42,241 nt of DNA from a virus. Its lineage: Duplodnaviria; Caudoviricetes. The translations under genes and the position numbers were made by a program. The notes under the pieces were generated by a model that had not been told where the DNA came from, did not search any database, and saw only the letters and a program-made list of their open reading frames with translations. Of the stretch, positions 1 to 9,263 are shown piece after piece. The first letter of the stretch is position 1, and every line of letters begins with the position of its first letter. The DNA is taken from positions 1-42,241 of IMG/VR virus record IMGVR_UViG_3300037462_000310. The stretch is one strand, 5' to 3'.

Positions 1-47
1 TAGAAGCTGGGTGTCTGGCAAGGGTCTGCGTCTGCCCGACGAAGCCC

Positions 48-63
48 TTACTAGATATGGTGT
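48..63. promoter_or_regulatory. Possible host NrdR box in left flank
   Basis: Reverse complement ACACCATATCTAGTAA resembles the NrdR consensus acaCwAtATaTwGtg. Confidence 0.35.
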
Positions 64-122
64 GGCCAAAGCGGAAGCCTGTAAAGCGATTTCTTCCAAA
101 AATAGCTGTGGAAAAGACCGGG

Positions 123-127
123 CCTGC
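123..127. repeat. Target-site duplication, left copy (CCTGC)
   Basis: Immediately precedes TG at 128; identical to 42129-42133. Confidence 0.85.
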
Positions 128-177
128 TGTGGCTCGCCACCAAAAGCTGCCAGCTTTGACACTGGAGTCTGCCACAA
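128..177 (+). repeat. Phage end (Mu R-end equivalent) with two tandem putative transposase-binding sites
   Basis: TCGCCACCAAAAGCTGCCA (134-152) and TTGACACTGGAGTCTGCCA (156-174), 22-bp period; both match the reverse complement of the opposite end, TTGACACTTGATCCTGCCACAA. Confidence 0.8.
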
Positions 178-210
178 CACGATTTGCATTCTAGGGCAGA
201 CACTGGCGAT

Positions 211-384
211 CTAGCGAGGCTTCTCTGGGTCGTTTGAAGGGGTCGTTAAAGGCGGCTCTACGCCTCGTTCCTCAAGCCACTCGCGAACCGCGTCCCAGAC
301 CTCGGCCGGGCCGAAACGGCGGTAGCCCATCACGCCCTCGAGGTGGCGGCGCAGGTCATCGGGAAGGGATTTTGGCCAGGGCAT
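211..384 (-). CDS. Small hypothetical protein (57 aa)
   Basis: MPWPKSLPDD... protein-like composition, codirectional downstream of the methylase. Confidence 0.55.
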   Translation of the reverse strand: MPWPKSLPDDLRRHLEGVMGYRRFGPAEVWDAVREWLEERGVEPPLTTPSNDPEKPR

Positions 385-430
385 GGGTCGTGGCTTAAGC
401 CGGATCGGGCAGAGCCACAACCCACCCGCG

Positions 431-1240
431 TCAAACCTCCCAGTTCGCGATGATCAGCTCGCCCCGCCGCGCCTCCTCGACCGTCTTCTTCGACCCCACC
501 GAATAGGTCGTCTGAACCTCGGTCAGCTGGAACCGGGCGAAGATCTGACGCACGTCGGGGTGGTCGTTCAGAGACAGGATGAACCGGCCTTTCAGACGGC
601 CGAGCTGGTCGGCCATTTCCTCGAACCGCTCCCGCGAGAACAGCCCCGGACCATAGTCGCCCTCGTTCCCGTAGTAGGGGGGATCGAGGTAGAAAAGCGT
701 CCCCGGCCGGTCCAGCCGATCGACAAAAGCGGCGTAGTCCAGGTTCATCACCGTGACGCCCGAAAGGCGGGTGTGCAGCGCCTCAAGATCGGGCTCCAGC
801 GTGGTCAGATTGAACCGGGCGGGGCGTCCGGCCGCAATGCCGAAGTTGCGGCCGCTGATCTTGCCACCGAAGGCGAGGCGCTGAAGGTAAAGGAACCGGG
901 CGGCGCGCTGCAGATCGGTCAGCGTGTCGGGATCGACCGCGACCAGGCGCTCGAAGTTGGCCTGCGTGGTGATCTGGAACCGCAGAAGATCGAGGAAGGC
1001 GACGTAGTGCTCCTGGAGCATCCGGAAGAGCGTGTAGACCTCGCGGCCACGGTCATTGACGAACTCTGACCGCGGACGTCGTGTCCGTCGCAGGAAGATC
1101 CCGCCCATGCCAACGAAGGGCTCGGCATAGGTCTCGTGGTGATCCCGATCGATGATGGCGCAGATGCGGCGGGCAAGGTTCTTCTTGCCGCCCAGGTAGG
1201 GGGCGATCGGTCGAATTGGTTGAATTTCCGACATGGACAT
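431..1240 (-). CDS. Dam-like (D12 class) N6-adenine DNA methyltransferase
   Basis: PYLGGK, EPFVGMG (motif I), ND, YLDPPY (motif IV); occupies the Mu mom position. Confidence 0.92.
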   Translation of the reverse strand: MSMSEIQPIRPIAPYLGGKKNLARRICAIIDRDHHETYAEPFVGMGGIFLRRTRRPRSEFVNDRGREVYTLFRMLQEHYVAFLDLLRFQITTQANFERLVAVDPDTLTDLQRAARFLYLQRLAFGGKISGRNFGIAAGRPARFNLTTLEPDLEALHTRLSGVTVMNLDYAAFVDRLDRPGTLFYLDPPYYGNEGDYGPGLFSRERFEEMADQLGRLKGRFILSLNDHPDVRQIFARFQLTEVQTTYSVGSKKTVEEARRGELIIANWEV

Positions 1241-1263
1241 AAGGGGCGATTCCCGCTGACTTT

Positions 1264-1367
1264 GTGCCCGCCCTCGAGGGTACGGGTGCGACTTAAGGCT
1301 TCTTGGTCGGCGGGGGTCGTGTGAGACTGGACCCCGTTTTGAAGGGGTGCTGGAACACTCCTTCAAA
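1264..1367. promoter_or_regulatory. Structured leader / possible antisense RNA upstream of the methylase
   Basis: Three hairpins: 1264-1289, 1313-1335, and TTTGAAGGGGTG-CTGGAA-CACTCCTTCAAA (1338-1367). Confidence 0.5.
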
Positions 1368-1382
1368 CGCCCGGTTGAGGCG

Positions 1383-1739
1383 TCAGAAATTGTCCCCGAT
1401 CTTGAACTTCTCGTAGCCGTCGGAGGGCAACGTCTCGGGCAGGTTGCCAGGCCAGTTGATGTGGAAAAGCGCCAGGCAGCTGTCGCGCTTCTGGGCCGTA
1501 TCGCCCGCCGCCCAAGGGTAGAAGACGATACCGTCCGCCGGGGTCAAAGCCTGCTCCACGCCCTCGATCGTATAGGTCCCGTTCGCGATCACGGCGGGCT
1601 GGTTGTTGATGAAGACCAGATCGGTCCCGGCGTCCTTGGCCGAGAATGTGACCCCCAGCGCGTCGGCCAGGCTGAAGCCGAACTTGTAGGCCAAGTAGGG
1701 CTTCCGGTCGCCGACGCGGATGGTGAAAAGCTTGCTCAT
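1383..1739 (-). CDS. BppU N-terminal-like virion accessory protein
   Basis: FTIRVGDRKP, GIVFYPWAAGDT and ETLPSDGY patterns; tail cassette context. Confidence 0.55.
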   Translation of the reverse strand: MSKLFTIRVGDRKPYLAYKFGFSLADALGVTFSAKDAGTDLVFINNQPAVIANGTYTIEGVEQALTPADGIVFYPWAAGDTAQKRDSCLALFHINWPGNLPETLPSDGYEKFKIGDNF

Positions 1740-3382
1740 TGGTCCAGCTCCGTGATGCGGCCGCGGCGGTTCGGGTTAAGGATCGTCCCCTCGCGCACAG
1801 CCTGGTTCAAGATGGTGCCGCGGCGGGTCGGGTTCAGGATCGTCCCGCTGCGCTTTTTCTGGTTGAGGATGGTGCCCCGGCGCGGGTCCGGCGTTGCGAA
1901 GGCAAGCCGTCCGGTCGAGTAGTCCTGGGCCGAGACCAGGATGCCCAGACCGGCGGCAATTGCGATGCCCGAGGCGCTGCCAGCACCGCTGCGGATCATC
2001 GCGGCCGGGGCTGCGGCCCGCGACAGCGCCACGGCGACACCCGGCGCGGACCGGATCAGGGCGGCAGCTGCGGCCACGCTCGCCCCCCCGATGCTGACCC
2101 CCTGGCTGCCCAGAATGATGGCCGCCGTCGCCCGGGCTACGGCATAGCCGACCACGCTTCCCGGTGCTGAACGGATCATTGCTGGAGGGGCTTGCACACT
2201 CGCGCGAGTGACGGCCGTGGCCGGAGCCGAACGGACGCTTGCAGGCGGTGAGGCGGCGAAGGATCCGCCGATCGCGACGGCCACGCTGATCAGATAACTC
2301 AGTGCCGACAGCTGTGCCTCGGCCGTCGACACCCCCACCGATGTGCCTACAGACGACCGGATCGCGGCAGCCAGGGCGACGGCAACGGACGTGCCGACGA
2401 CCGTACCCTGGGAAGGTCGGATCGCAGCTGGTGGGGCGGCCGCGATTCCTGCTCCGATGGCAGTCCCAGAGGAGGTCAGCAGAAGCCCGCCCAAGGCCGC
2501 TGCAACGCCGAAGCCGACACTGTTGGCCACCGATACCCGGATCGCGGCCGACGGGGCGGCTGCGGCCGATCCGGCAGCAGTCACGGCAACACCGCTGCGG
2601 ATGGCTGCGGCAACGGCATGGGCAGAACTGCCCCCGATGGCTACGCCGGGCGAGTTCAGGATCGTGCCGCCACCGCCCGCGCCGAATCGGATCGACAGAA
2701 CGCCCAAGCCGTAGAACGTCGCGTTCGGGCTTGGGGTCGCGGTGCCGCCGAAGGCAACCGTCCGGCCCGTTTCCGCCGTCAGCTGGTCAGCGGAGGCCGC
2801 ATAGATTTCCCGCGCTTCGTCGGTGAAGTCTGCCGTTACCCCGGTCCAAGATGACAGGGCCGCAGGCTCGTCGCCATTCGACAGGGCAATGATAGCCCCG
2901 CCCTCGGCCACGTTGACCGAGACGCTGAAGGTGTTGCCCGACGATGTCTGGTCGACCGCCCCGGCCTCGAACAGCGGCTCGCCAGCGCAGGTATAGGTCC
3001 AGGCCGCACCGTCCCAGAATTGGCCCGAGGCGGCGGTTGCCACGACATCGGCGGTGGTACCGGTGGGCACGTTGGCCGCCCAGAACTCGAAAGATACCCC
3101 GTCATCCGACCTTGGGCTGGGCGCGGCGTACAGCTTGGTCGCGGAGACCCCGCCGATGCTGACGGTCGAGATCGCGCGGGACGTGTTGTGGTTGATGTTC
3201 AGCGCGGCGATGACCCAGCGGTCGCTGGCCGCCGGACCCACCGCCATCGCGGCCCAGGTGCAGGTCGTGAAGTTCGTCCCGGCCGACCATTGGTGATCGC
3301 GGTAGATGACCTGTGGTGATGTGCTGCCCCCACCGGTGTTGAAGAACACCGAACTGAAGAAGGTGGGGGAAAAGATCGGCAT
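1736..3382 (-). CDS. Repeat-rich virion fibre/appendage protein (548 aa)
   Basis: Beta-rich N-terminal domain, ~21-aa Ala/Gly/Ser repeats (AAIRSxxG), C-terminal RxGTILN repeats. Confidence 0.7.
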   Translation of the reverse strand: MPIFSPTFFSSVFFNTGGGSTSPQVIYRDHQWSAGTNFTTCTWAAMAVGPAASDRWVIAALNINHNTSRAISTVSIGGVSATKLYAAPSPRSDDGVSFEFWAANVPTGTTADVVATAASGQFWDGAAWTYTCAGEPLFEAGAVDQTSSGNTFSVSVNVAEGGAIIALSNGDEPAALSSWTGVTADFTDEAREIYAASADQLTAETGRTVAFGGTATPSPNATFYGLGVLSIRFGAGGGGTILNSPGVAIGGSSAHAVAAAIRSGVAVTAAGSAAAAPSAAIRVSVANSVGFGVAAALGGLLLTSSGTAIGAGIAAAPPAAIRPSQGTVVGTSVAVALAAAIRSSVGTSVGVSTAEAQLSALSYLISVAVAIGGSFAASPPASVRSAPATAVTRASVQAPPAMIRSAPGSVVGYAVARATAAIILGSQGVSIGGASVAAAAALIRSAPGVAVALSRAAAPAAMIRSGAGSASGIAIAAGLGILVSAQDYSTGRLAFATPDPRRGTILNQKKRSGTILNPTRRGTILNQAVREGTILNPNRRGRITELDQ

Positions 3383-3390
3383 GGGTCAGA

Positions 3391-4002
3391 TCAGCCGAGG
3401 GCGTCGAGATCGGCAGACAGGCGGTTCAAAACCTCGACCACGGCTTCGGGCGAGGCGGCGTTGGCAAGCGCCTTGCGCGCCCCCATCCGCAGGTTCTCGG
3501 TCGACGCACCCAGCCCGCGAAATTGGGCGCCCTTGTGCAACCAGATCAGCGCCAGATCGCGCGGGGTCGCCGCTGTGATGCCAACCTCGGCCGCGAGGTA
3601 GGGAAAATCCTCCAGACTGTCCGGCTCGGGCATGGTGGCGACAAAGGCCCGCGCCTCGGCTTCTTTCGCAAGATAGATCGCCTCTTGCCCCGGCAGTTGG
3701 GTGACAAAGCGCAGGCGGGCGGTCGTGACCAGGTCGTCGATCACCTGGGCCGCGTTCAGACGGGCACCCTGCAGCTCGGCTTCGACTTGGGCAGCAAGCT
3801 CTTCGTCGCTGGGCGAAGGCGGGGGCGGGCGCAAGACCCACTCGCCGCTTGGCAAGCGCATGTGGGTTGCAAGGAAGGCGATGTCGATCTCGACCTCCTC
3901 TTCGCCGACCAGGCGGGTGGTCGGCAGTTCCTCGCTACCGTCGCGCGGCTCGACTCCGATCCAGCCGGGGATGCCTTCGGGGGTGAAAACGACGTGAAAC
4001 AT
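3391..4002 (-). CDS. Tail fibre assembly-like protein, paralogue 2 (203 aa)
   Basis: Start MFHVVFTP overlaps the upstream stop; PGQEAIYLAKEAEA and EVGITA shared with 5906-6517. Confidence 0.7.
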   Translation of the reverse strand: MFHVVFTPEGIPGWIGVEPRDGSEELPTTRLVGEEEVEIDIAFLATHMRLPSGEWVLRPPPPSPSDEELAAQVEAELQGARLNAAQVIDDLVTTARLRFVTQLPGQEAIYLAKEAEARAFVATMPEPDSLEDFPYLAAEVGITAATPRDLALIWLHKGAQFRGLGASTENLRMGARKALANAASPEAVVEVLNRLSADLDALG

Positions 4003-4247
4003 CAGGTGGCCGGTCCCAGAAAAACGACATCCCAATCGGCGGACGGGGTTCCCATCTCCGTGTTCACTTCGCCGACCACCGTGTCGATGACCGTCTGATT
4101 GATTTCGGCGGCGGTCGGCTCGCCGGTGAATTGGATATTGATGCCGGTTGCGCTGACAGCCGCACCGGCCACTGCCATGTCGGCCGTAACATAAATGCTG
4201 CCCGCGGATGCTGTCAGGCTCAGGTTGGAAATGTAAATCTTGGCCAT
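4002..4247 (-). CDS. Hypothetical protein (81 aa)
   Basis: Good RBS (AAGGAAA), translationally coupled to the next gene. Confidence 0.75.
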   Translation of the reverse strand: MAKIYISNLSLTASAGSIYVTADMAVAGAAVSATGINIQFTGEPTAAEINQTVIDTVVGEVNTEMGTPSADWDVVFLGPAT

Positions 4248-4261
4248 GATGGTTTCCTTTT

Positions 4262-5200
4262 TCAGTAGTCTGTTTCCAGGTAGATGCCCGTCGTGGCGAG
4301 GCCGATAACCCCCGAGACACCGCCAACGCTCATCCAGCTGTACAGGGCAAGCAGCGTCGTGGTGGTCGGCAGATCGGTCGTAAGTACGCCCGTCGCGACC
4401 GCGCCCGTGACAAGGTTCGTGACCTCGTAATAGACAACCTGCGTTGTTCCGGGCGGGGTGAACAGAGCCAGCTCGTAGACGGATGTCATGTCAACATTCG
4501 GCTTCGGAAAGCCCGCTCCAAGCGGGATTTTCGTAGCCGACCCCGTCCCGTCATTGTGCATTATATGCACTTGGGTATCGGCCGAGTCGTACCCCATGCC
4601 GACGATGTTCACCGCTGTGGACGGGTTTACGTCGGTCGGGTTTGTGGTCGATGCCCGCATGCCGACGAAGGCCCGATGCGCAGCGTTGGCAACACCAGTC
4701 GCGGGACCCCAACGCCAGACCAGGTGAAAGCCGCCCAGGCCTGCCGATGGCCCGCCGATGGTGAACTGTGCTGCCGACCCGCGAAGGGTCACGACAGCTG
4801 TCGTCGACGCCGTCGTCACGCGCCAGGACCGTCTGCGCATGTAATTGTGCAGGTTTGTCGTCGCCACAACCTCGGTCGTGGCAGTGCCGAGCGTTGAAAA
4901 GGCAAGCCCGGTTTGCGCATCCGCCCCGCCGTTCCCGGCGGGCACAAACAGGCCCACCTTGTTGCGGCCAAAGAACGGCTGCAACGAACTATCAAGTCCG
5001 GACGGCCCAACGAAGGCGGGAAGCATGCGGCCGCCCAGGTTGCGCCCAAACACTCGAAGCACGTTCGCCGCCGGACTGGCCGGGGTGGCGACCGCCGGGA
5101 AGTCGAGATAGTCGTCGATGACGTGCCTTGCGTTCCAGTCGTCATCCTCGAGCGGAAGGTCTGGGTCGCTGGGCCCGGAGATGACGCGGGCGTGGCGCAT
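4262..5200 (-). CDS. Putative tail fibre / receptor-binding protein
   Basis: Thr/Gly/Val-rich beta protein in the tail cassette. Confidence 0.6.
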   Translation of the reverse strand: MRHARVISGPSDPDLPLEDDDWNARHVIDDYLDFPAVATPASPAANVLRVFGRNLGGRMLPAFVGPSGLDSSLQPFFGRNKVGLFVPAGNGGADAQTGLAFSTLGTATTEVVATTNLHNYMRRRSWRVTTASTTAVVTLRGSAAQFTIGGPSAGLGGFHLVWRWGPATGVANAAHRAFVGMRASTTNPTDVNPSTAVNIVGMGYDSADTQVHIMHNDGTGSATKIPLGAGFPKPNVDMTSVYELALFTPPGTTQVVYYEVTNLVTGAVATGVLTTDLPTTTTLLALYSWMSVGGVSGVIGLATTGIYLETDY

Positions 5201-5204
5201 GGGA

Positions 5205-5891
5205 TCAGTCCTCGACGATGGTCGTGGTGGTCGGGATGCGGGGGATGTCGCCGATGGTCATGACCTTCGGGGTCACCCGCATCGCGCGGCCCTTGCCAGG
5301 CCCGGTGATGTCCACCACGGCACCGCCCGACGTCAGCGACAGGGTGATGTCGTTGCCCGACACTGACCGGACGAAGTACACCGTGCCCTCGGTGATCCCG
5401 GCAGGAAGCGTGTCGCCGGGCGCGGCGAAGAAGGCGATGTTGTCGTTGACCGCCACGCCGGACAGGCCCGGGATCGTGAGGGTGTCGGTGGCCAGTGCGG
5501 TGAAGCCGCCCAGGTTCGCGCCGATCACGCCCTTGTACAGGATCATGGTGGCTCCCGAGGCCTGCGCACCGACCGCCCAGTACATGTAGGTCGACGGGTT
5601 TGCGGTGCACGGCCCGAAGTCCACGTTCGAGGTCGGGCTCATCAAGTTGCCGGTGCGGGTCCATCCACCCGCGCCGCGCGCCACGGCAACACGGGAGTAG
5701 CCGGTATAGGTGACCTCGTTCGTCGCTTGGGTTCCGACCTCGCCGGGATCGGCCGTGTGCAGACTGAGGAAAAGGCTGCCAGGCACGGTCGATCCGCGCA
5801 GCCCTGTCGCATCGCCGATGTTCGGGATGCCAATGTTCAGAAAGATCAGATCGAGGATGGCTGCTTCGAAGGCGTCGGACTTGGACGACAT
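5205..5891 (-). CDS. Tail-fibre-associated structural protein
   Basis: LSLHTADPGE...EVTYTGYSRVAV motif typical of phage tail accessory proteins. Confidence 0.65.
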   Translation of the reverse strand: MSSKSDAFEAAILDLIFLNIGIPNIGDATGLRGSTVPGSLFLSLHTADPGEVGTQATNEVTYTGYSRVAVARGAGGWTRTGNLMSPTSNVDFGPCTANPSTYMYWAVGAQASGATMILYKGVIGANLGGFTALATDTLTIPGLSGVAVNDNIAFFAAPGDTLPAGITEGTVYFVRSVSGNDITLSLTSGGAVVDITGPGKGRAMRVTPKVMTIGDIPRIPTTTTIVED

Positions 5892-5905
5892 GGTCAGGGT
5901 TCCTG

Positions 5906-6517
5906 TCAGAGAGGGAGGCGGCTCAGCGCCTCGGTGAAATCGCGTTCAATGGCTTCCAGGGCCGCGATGTCCTTGGCCGTGGAAATGTCGATCAGGGCCT
6001 GCATCCGCAGGCTTTCGGTCGCGGCGCCGACGCGCTTGAACTGGTCAGAGCGGTTCAGCCAAAGCTGGGCCAGCGACCAGGCTGTGGGGGTCGTGATCCC
6101 GACCTCGTTGGCCAGCAGCGGATAGTCCCGCAGGTCCGCAGGTTCGCCGCCGTGGTTCGTCTCGGCCACGTAGGCAACCGCCTCGGCCCGCTTTTCCAGA
6201 TACATCGCGTCCTGGCCGGGGATGTCGGTATAGATCCGGCGGCGCAGGTCGCCCGCGCTTTGGTTCACCCGGTCAGAGGCGTCTGTGCGCGCCCGCGCCA
6301 ACATCGCGGCAGCGCGTTGGACAAGCTCGGCTTCGGTCGGCGGCTTTGGTTCGAGAAGGTCGGTCCGCTGTTCCCAGACCCCATCGCGATACCGCAGGCG
6401 AGGCAGGTCCAGGGTCGAGAAGGGTGGGGTCAACGGGACGGCCCCTTCGGGCAGCGTCGGCTTGATCCCGCCGCCGGTCGGGGTGCCATCGGGTCCGATG
6501 AACGCGAAGGGGATCAT
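5906..6517 (-). CDS. Tail fibre assembly-like protein, paralogue 1 (203 aa)
   Basis: PGQDAMYLEKRAEA, EVGITT; follows the tail tip gene. Confidence 0.7.
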   Translation of the reverse strand: MIPFAFIGPDGTPTGGGIKPTLPEGAVPLTPPFSTLDLPRLRYRDGVWEQRTDLLEPKPPTEAELVQRAAAMLARARTDASDRVNQSAGDLRRRIYTDIPGQDAMYLEKRAEAVAYVAETNHGGEPADLRDYPLLANEVGITTPTAWSLAQLWLNRSDQFKRVGAATESLRMQALIDISTAKDIAALEAIERDFTEALSRLPL

Positions 6518-8844
6518 TTGGTCACCCGCACGGCGGTGAAGTAAACGTTGCGCAAAATTTCGACCGCGCCAGAGACCACCGCAGCTTGGGTCACGACGAC
6601 ACGATACTCAAAATCGTCATAGGTACCCGCAATGCTGCCCGAGTCTGCGTAGACGTCCCAACCGTTGAAATTTACATTGATCGTGTCGACCGTAACCCAA
6701 CCACCGAACCCTCCCCCGAAGACCGCCCGCCTGCGCTGAACAGCGACTTGCCAGGGATATGCAGCCGAGCCGTTGCCCCCGGCCGCCTCAAAGTGCACAC
6801 GCCGTTCCCAACCTTGGCCGACACCGATCGCGCCCAGGTCAAGGGTGATGAAAACCGCGCCCACTCCTAGAGACGCCCGGTTGAAAGGCCCCAGCGCAAT
6901 GCTTTGGACCTGAATACTGACCGACCCTTCTGCCAAGTCCGGGTTGGTGATCAGCGTGGCGGGCGTCGTCGCAGCGACCCAGTTGGTCCAGGCGCTGGCG
7001 CGGTCCACCACGGGCCTGGCCCGTACCTCATAGGCGGTCGAGGCCAGGATGCCTTCGCTGACCAGAAGCGCGCCTGCGGCTACGTCCTGGGTCGATCCCC
7101 GCGCCACGATCACCAGGGTGGCCGCGATGCGGACCTCCCACATGATGCCGCTGACGTCGGCCAAGTTCGGCTCCCAGGTCAGGGACAGCGCGGGGCGGCG
7201 GTTGGCGCCGGTGGCATCCGGGATCGACGTGCCGCTGACCGCAAAGCTTGGCACTACCTGCGCTACGGGGATCACAGGCAGGATCGAGATTGCGGTCGGG
7301 GCGGGCAGGCCGGGATAGCTGTAGTCCGCCGCGTCCCGTTCCTTCAGCATCACGCGCTGCAGCCCGGTCAGCACATCCTCGGCGACCTGGTCGACCTCGA
7401 AGACCTTGGCGCTGTAGCCGTTCCAGGCACTGGTCCAGCCGGTGGCGTCCAGCGGTTCCAGGATCGCGGCATCGGGCGGCAGGGTGTGTTCATGGCGGCG
7501 GAAGCGGCGCTCTTCCTCGACGTAGGAGAACTGCAGCCTGCGCACCTGGGCGGGGTACGGGCAGGCGACCAGGTTCAGGTCAGCCGTCAGCCGGAAGTTC
7601 CGATCTGCAGCCTCGTGGGTCGCGTTGTAATAGGGCGCGGCCTCGCTGGACTCCCAGGCCTTGTCGGGGTCCGGGTAGGTGGCATGGGCCCCGTTGTAGG
7701 ACCCCGCCATGTTCGGGAAGGGCTGGAAGTCCTGCGGGCTTGAGCTGACCACGTCGGCATCGGTGAACAGGTAGACCGGGGTGCCCGGCGGGCCGACGCG
7801 GGTCTTCCAGAGGCCCCCGATCTCGGCGATGTTGCCCGCGCAGGCTTTCAGAAGCTCGCCGATCACATCGGCCGGTTCCTCGTCGACCGACACTTCAAGG
7901 CCCGCGCGGAACTGCGGCTCGGTGCCGCTGCCGTTGGTCACCAGAAGGTCGCATTCGTTCATCGCGGCGAACCAGCTGGCCAGCGGGATATCCTCGGCCG
8001 GGAAGTTGCCACCGTAGACCGACCCGTCATCCAGACTGATGCCGCGCAGGACGTTGTAGATCCCGACCTGCGCATTGACCGTCGGTTCCCATGTGGCCTT
8101 GTTGTTCCAGCGATGCGCGCCTGACCCGCCGACCGTCGAATCCTTCCGGGGGTCGTAGAGCGGGATACCGTTCATCTCGAACCGGACGCGCGGCAGGCCG
8201 GGGAAGAGCTCTCGATTGTAGCGGAAAGTGCAGATGGCATAGACTAGGCCGCGCCCGATCATGTCGGACTGCCAGGGCCTTTCACCATAGGCCCCATAGC
8301 GCGACATGAGGTAGCTGTCGGCGGTGGTCTGGGTGCCGTCCAGGACCTTGATCCAGGCGTTTCCGGCATACTTTCCGGTGGCGGGAAACCCACCTCCGCT
8401 TGGGTCCGGCGTGCTTCCCAAGGTCACGTACTCGTTGTTGATCATGTAGCGCGACAAGGTGGCACCTGGCACGTCGCTCAGCACGATCACATAGACCAGG
8501 AAGGCGTTCGGGGTCTGGCCGACGGTCCCGTGCGACATCGGCGGGCAGGCATGCGTTCCGGCGGTGGTGTATTTCAGGAGAGGGAAGGCCTGGGGATTTG
8601 TGCCGCCGGTCTGGGTGACCTTGGTCTTGATCCCAGGCTCGCGCGGCTTGGGTGCCAGGGCCCGCTGCAGGGCCGACAGCGCGACCGACAGAAGCAGGCG
8701 TCCGACGACCTGAAGAAGTGGGCTTGCCGCGATCGCCGCACCGATGCCTGAGGCAAACGCCCCGATGGCAGCAAAGACCGGCGCGGCCTCGGCCGGGGTC
8801 GCCAGTGCCAGGCCAAACCACAGAAGGGTCAGCACCCCCTTCAT
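6514..8844 (-). CDS. Central tail tip / host-specificity protein (J-like)
   Basis: 776 aa; LYDPRKDSTVGGSGAHRW motif seen in alphaproteobacterial tail proteins; FN3-like C-terminal part. Confidence 0.8.
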   Translation of the reverse strand: MKGVLTLLWFGLALATPAEAAPVFAAIGAFASGIGAAIAASPLLQVVGRLLLSVALSALQRALAPKPREPGIKTKVTQTGGTNPQAFPLLKYTTAGTHACPPMSHGTVGQTPNAFLVYVIVLSDVPGATLSRYMINNEYVTLGSTPDPSGGGFPATGKYAGNAWIKVLDGTQTTADSYLMSRYGAYGERPWQSDMIGRGLVYAICTFRYNRELFPGLPRVRFEMNGIPLYDPRKDSTVGGSGAHRWNNKATWEPTVNAQVGIYNVLRGISLDDGSVYGGNFPAEDIPLASWFAAMNECDLLVTNGSGTEPQFRAGLEVSVDEEPADVIGELLKACAGNIAEIGGLWKTRVGPPGTPVYLFTDADVVSSSPQDFQPFPNMAGSYNGAHATYPDPDKAWESSEAAPYYNATHEAADRNFRLTADLNLVACPYPAQVRRLQFSYVEEERRFRRHEHTLPPDAAILEPLDATGWTSAWNGYSAKVFEVDQVAEDVLTGLQRVMLKERDAADYSYPGLPAPTAISILPVIPVAQVVPSFAVSGTSIPDATGANRRPALSLTWEPNLADVSGIMWEVRIAATLVIVARGSTQDVAAGALLVSEGILASTAYEVRARPVVDRASAWTNWVAATTPATLITNPDLAEGSVSIQVQSIALGPFNRASLGVGAVFITLDLGAIGVGQGWERRVHFEAAGGNGSAAYPWQVAVQRRRAVFGGGFGGWVTVDTINVNFNGWDVYADSGSIAGTYDDFEYRVVVTQAAVVSGAVEILRNVYFTAVRVTK

Positions 8845-9263
8845 ACCGGCACCGTCCAGGCGCGAAGCGCGGCTTCGCGGGGAAGATGGCCCAGACCCTG
8901 TGGGGCAAGGCAGGCGATGGTCTCGCCCACGACAATTCCCAGCGCGGGGCCATCAGGGGCATCGACCAGGGCAAGGTCACCGACCTGGGCGAAGGCAGGG
9001 GCGACGTCCTGGAAGAGGCTTCCCGCCAGGTGGACGTGGTCGTTGAACCCGGCCTTCATCAGCCGCTTCAAGCCGCCTTCAAGGGTCGTGTAAGTCCCAC
9101 GCCAGGCGGCGGCGGGATCATGGCCGGTCATGGCCCGCACTGCCCCCGCCGCGAACAATGCACAGTCGTTCGACCCGTAGCGGAACCCCAGATCGGCAGT
9201 CTCGGCCAGATAGGCCGTCAGCCGAGGGCGCCAGTCGGCCAGGCGGGCGGCGGGATCGGTCAT
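8841..9263 (-). CDS. NlpC/P60-like tail-associated protein (DUF6950-like)
   Basis: FRYGSNDCALF, GD motif; position between hub and tip. Confidence 0.75.
   Translation of the reverse strand: MTDPAARLADWRPRLTAYLAETADLGFRYGSNDCALFAAGAVRAMTGHDPAAAWRGTYTTLEGGLKRLMKAGFNDHVHLAGSLFQDVAPAFAQVGDLALVDAPDGPALGIVVGETIACLAPQGLGHLPREAALRAWTVPV

Noticed and set aside
11-214. 67-aa ORF spanning the left junction
   Set aside because: Crosses the host/phage boundary and the transposase sites
1740-1885. Tandem DNA repeats as a DGR or CRISPR element
   Set aside because: They are in-frame protein repeats; no reverse transcriptase or TR/VR pair seen
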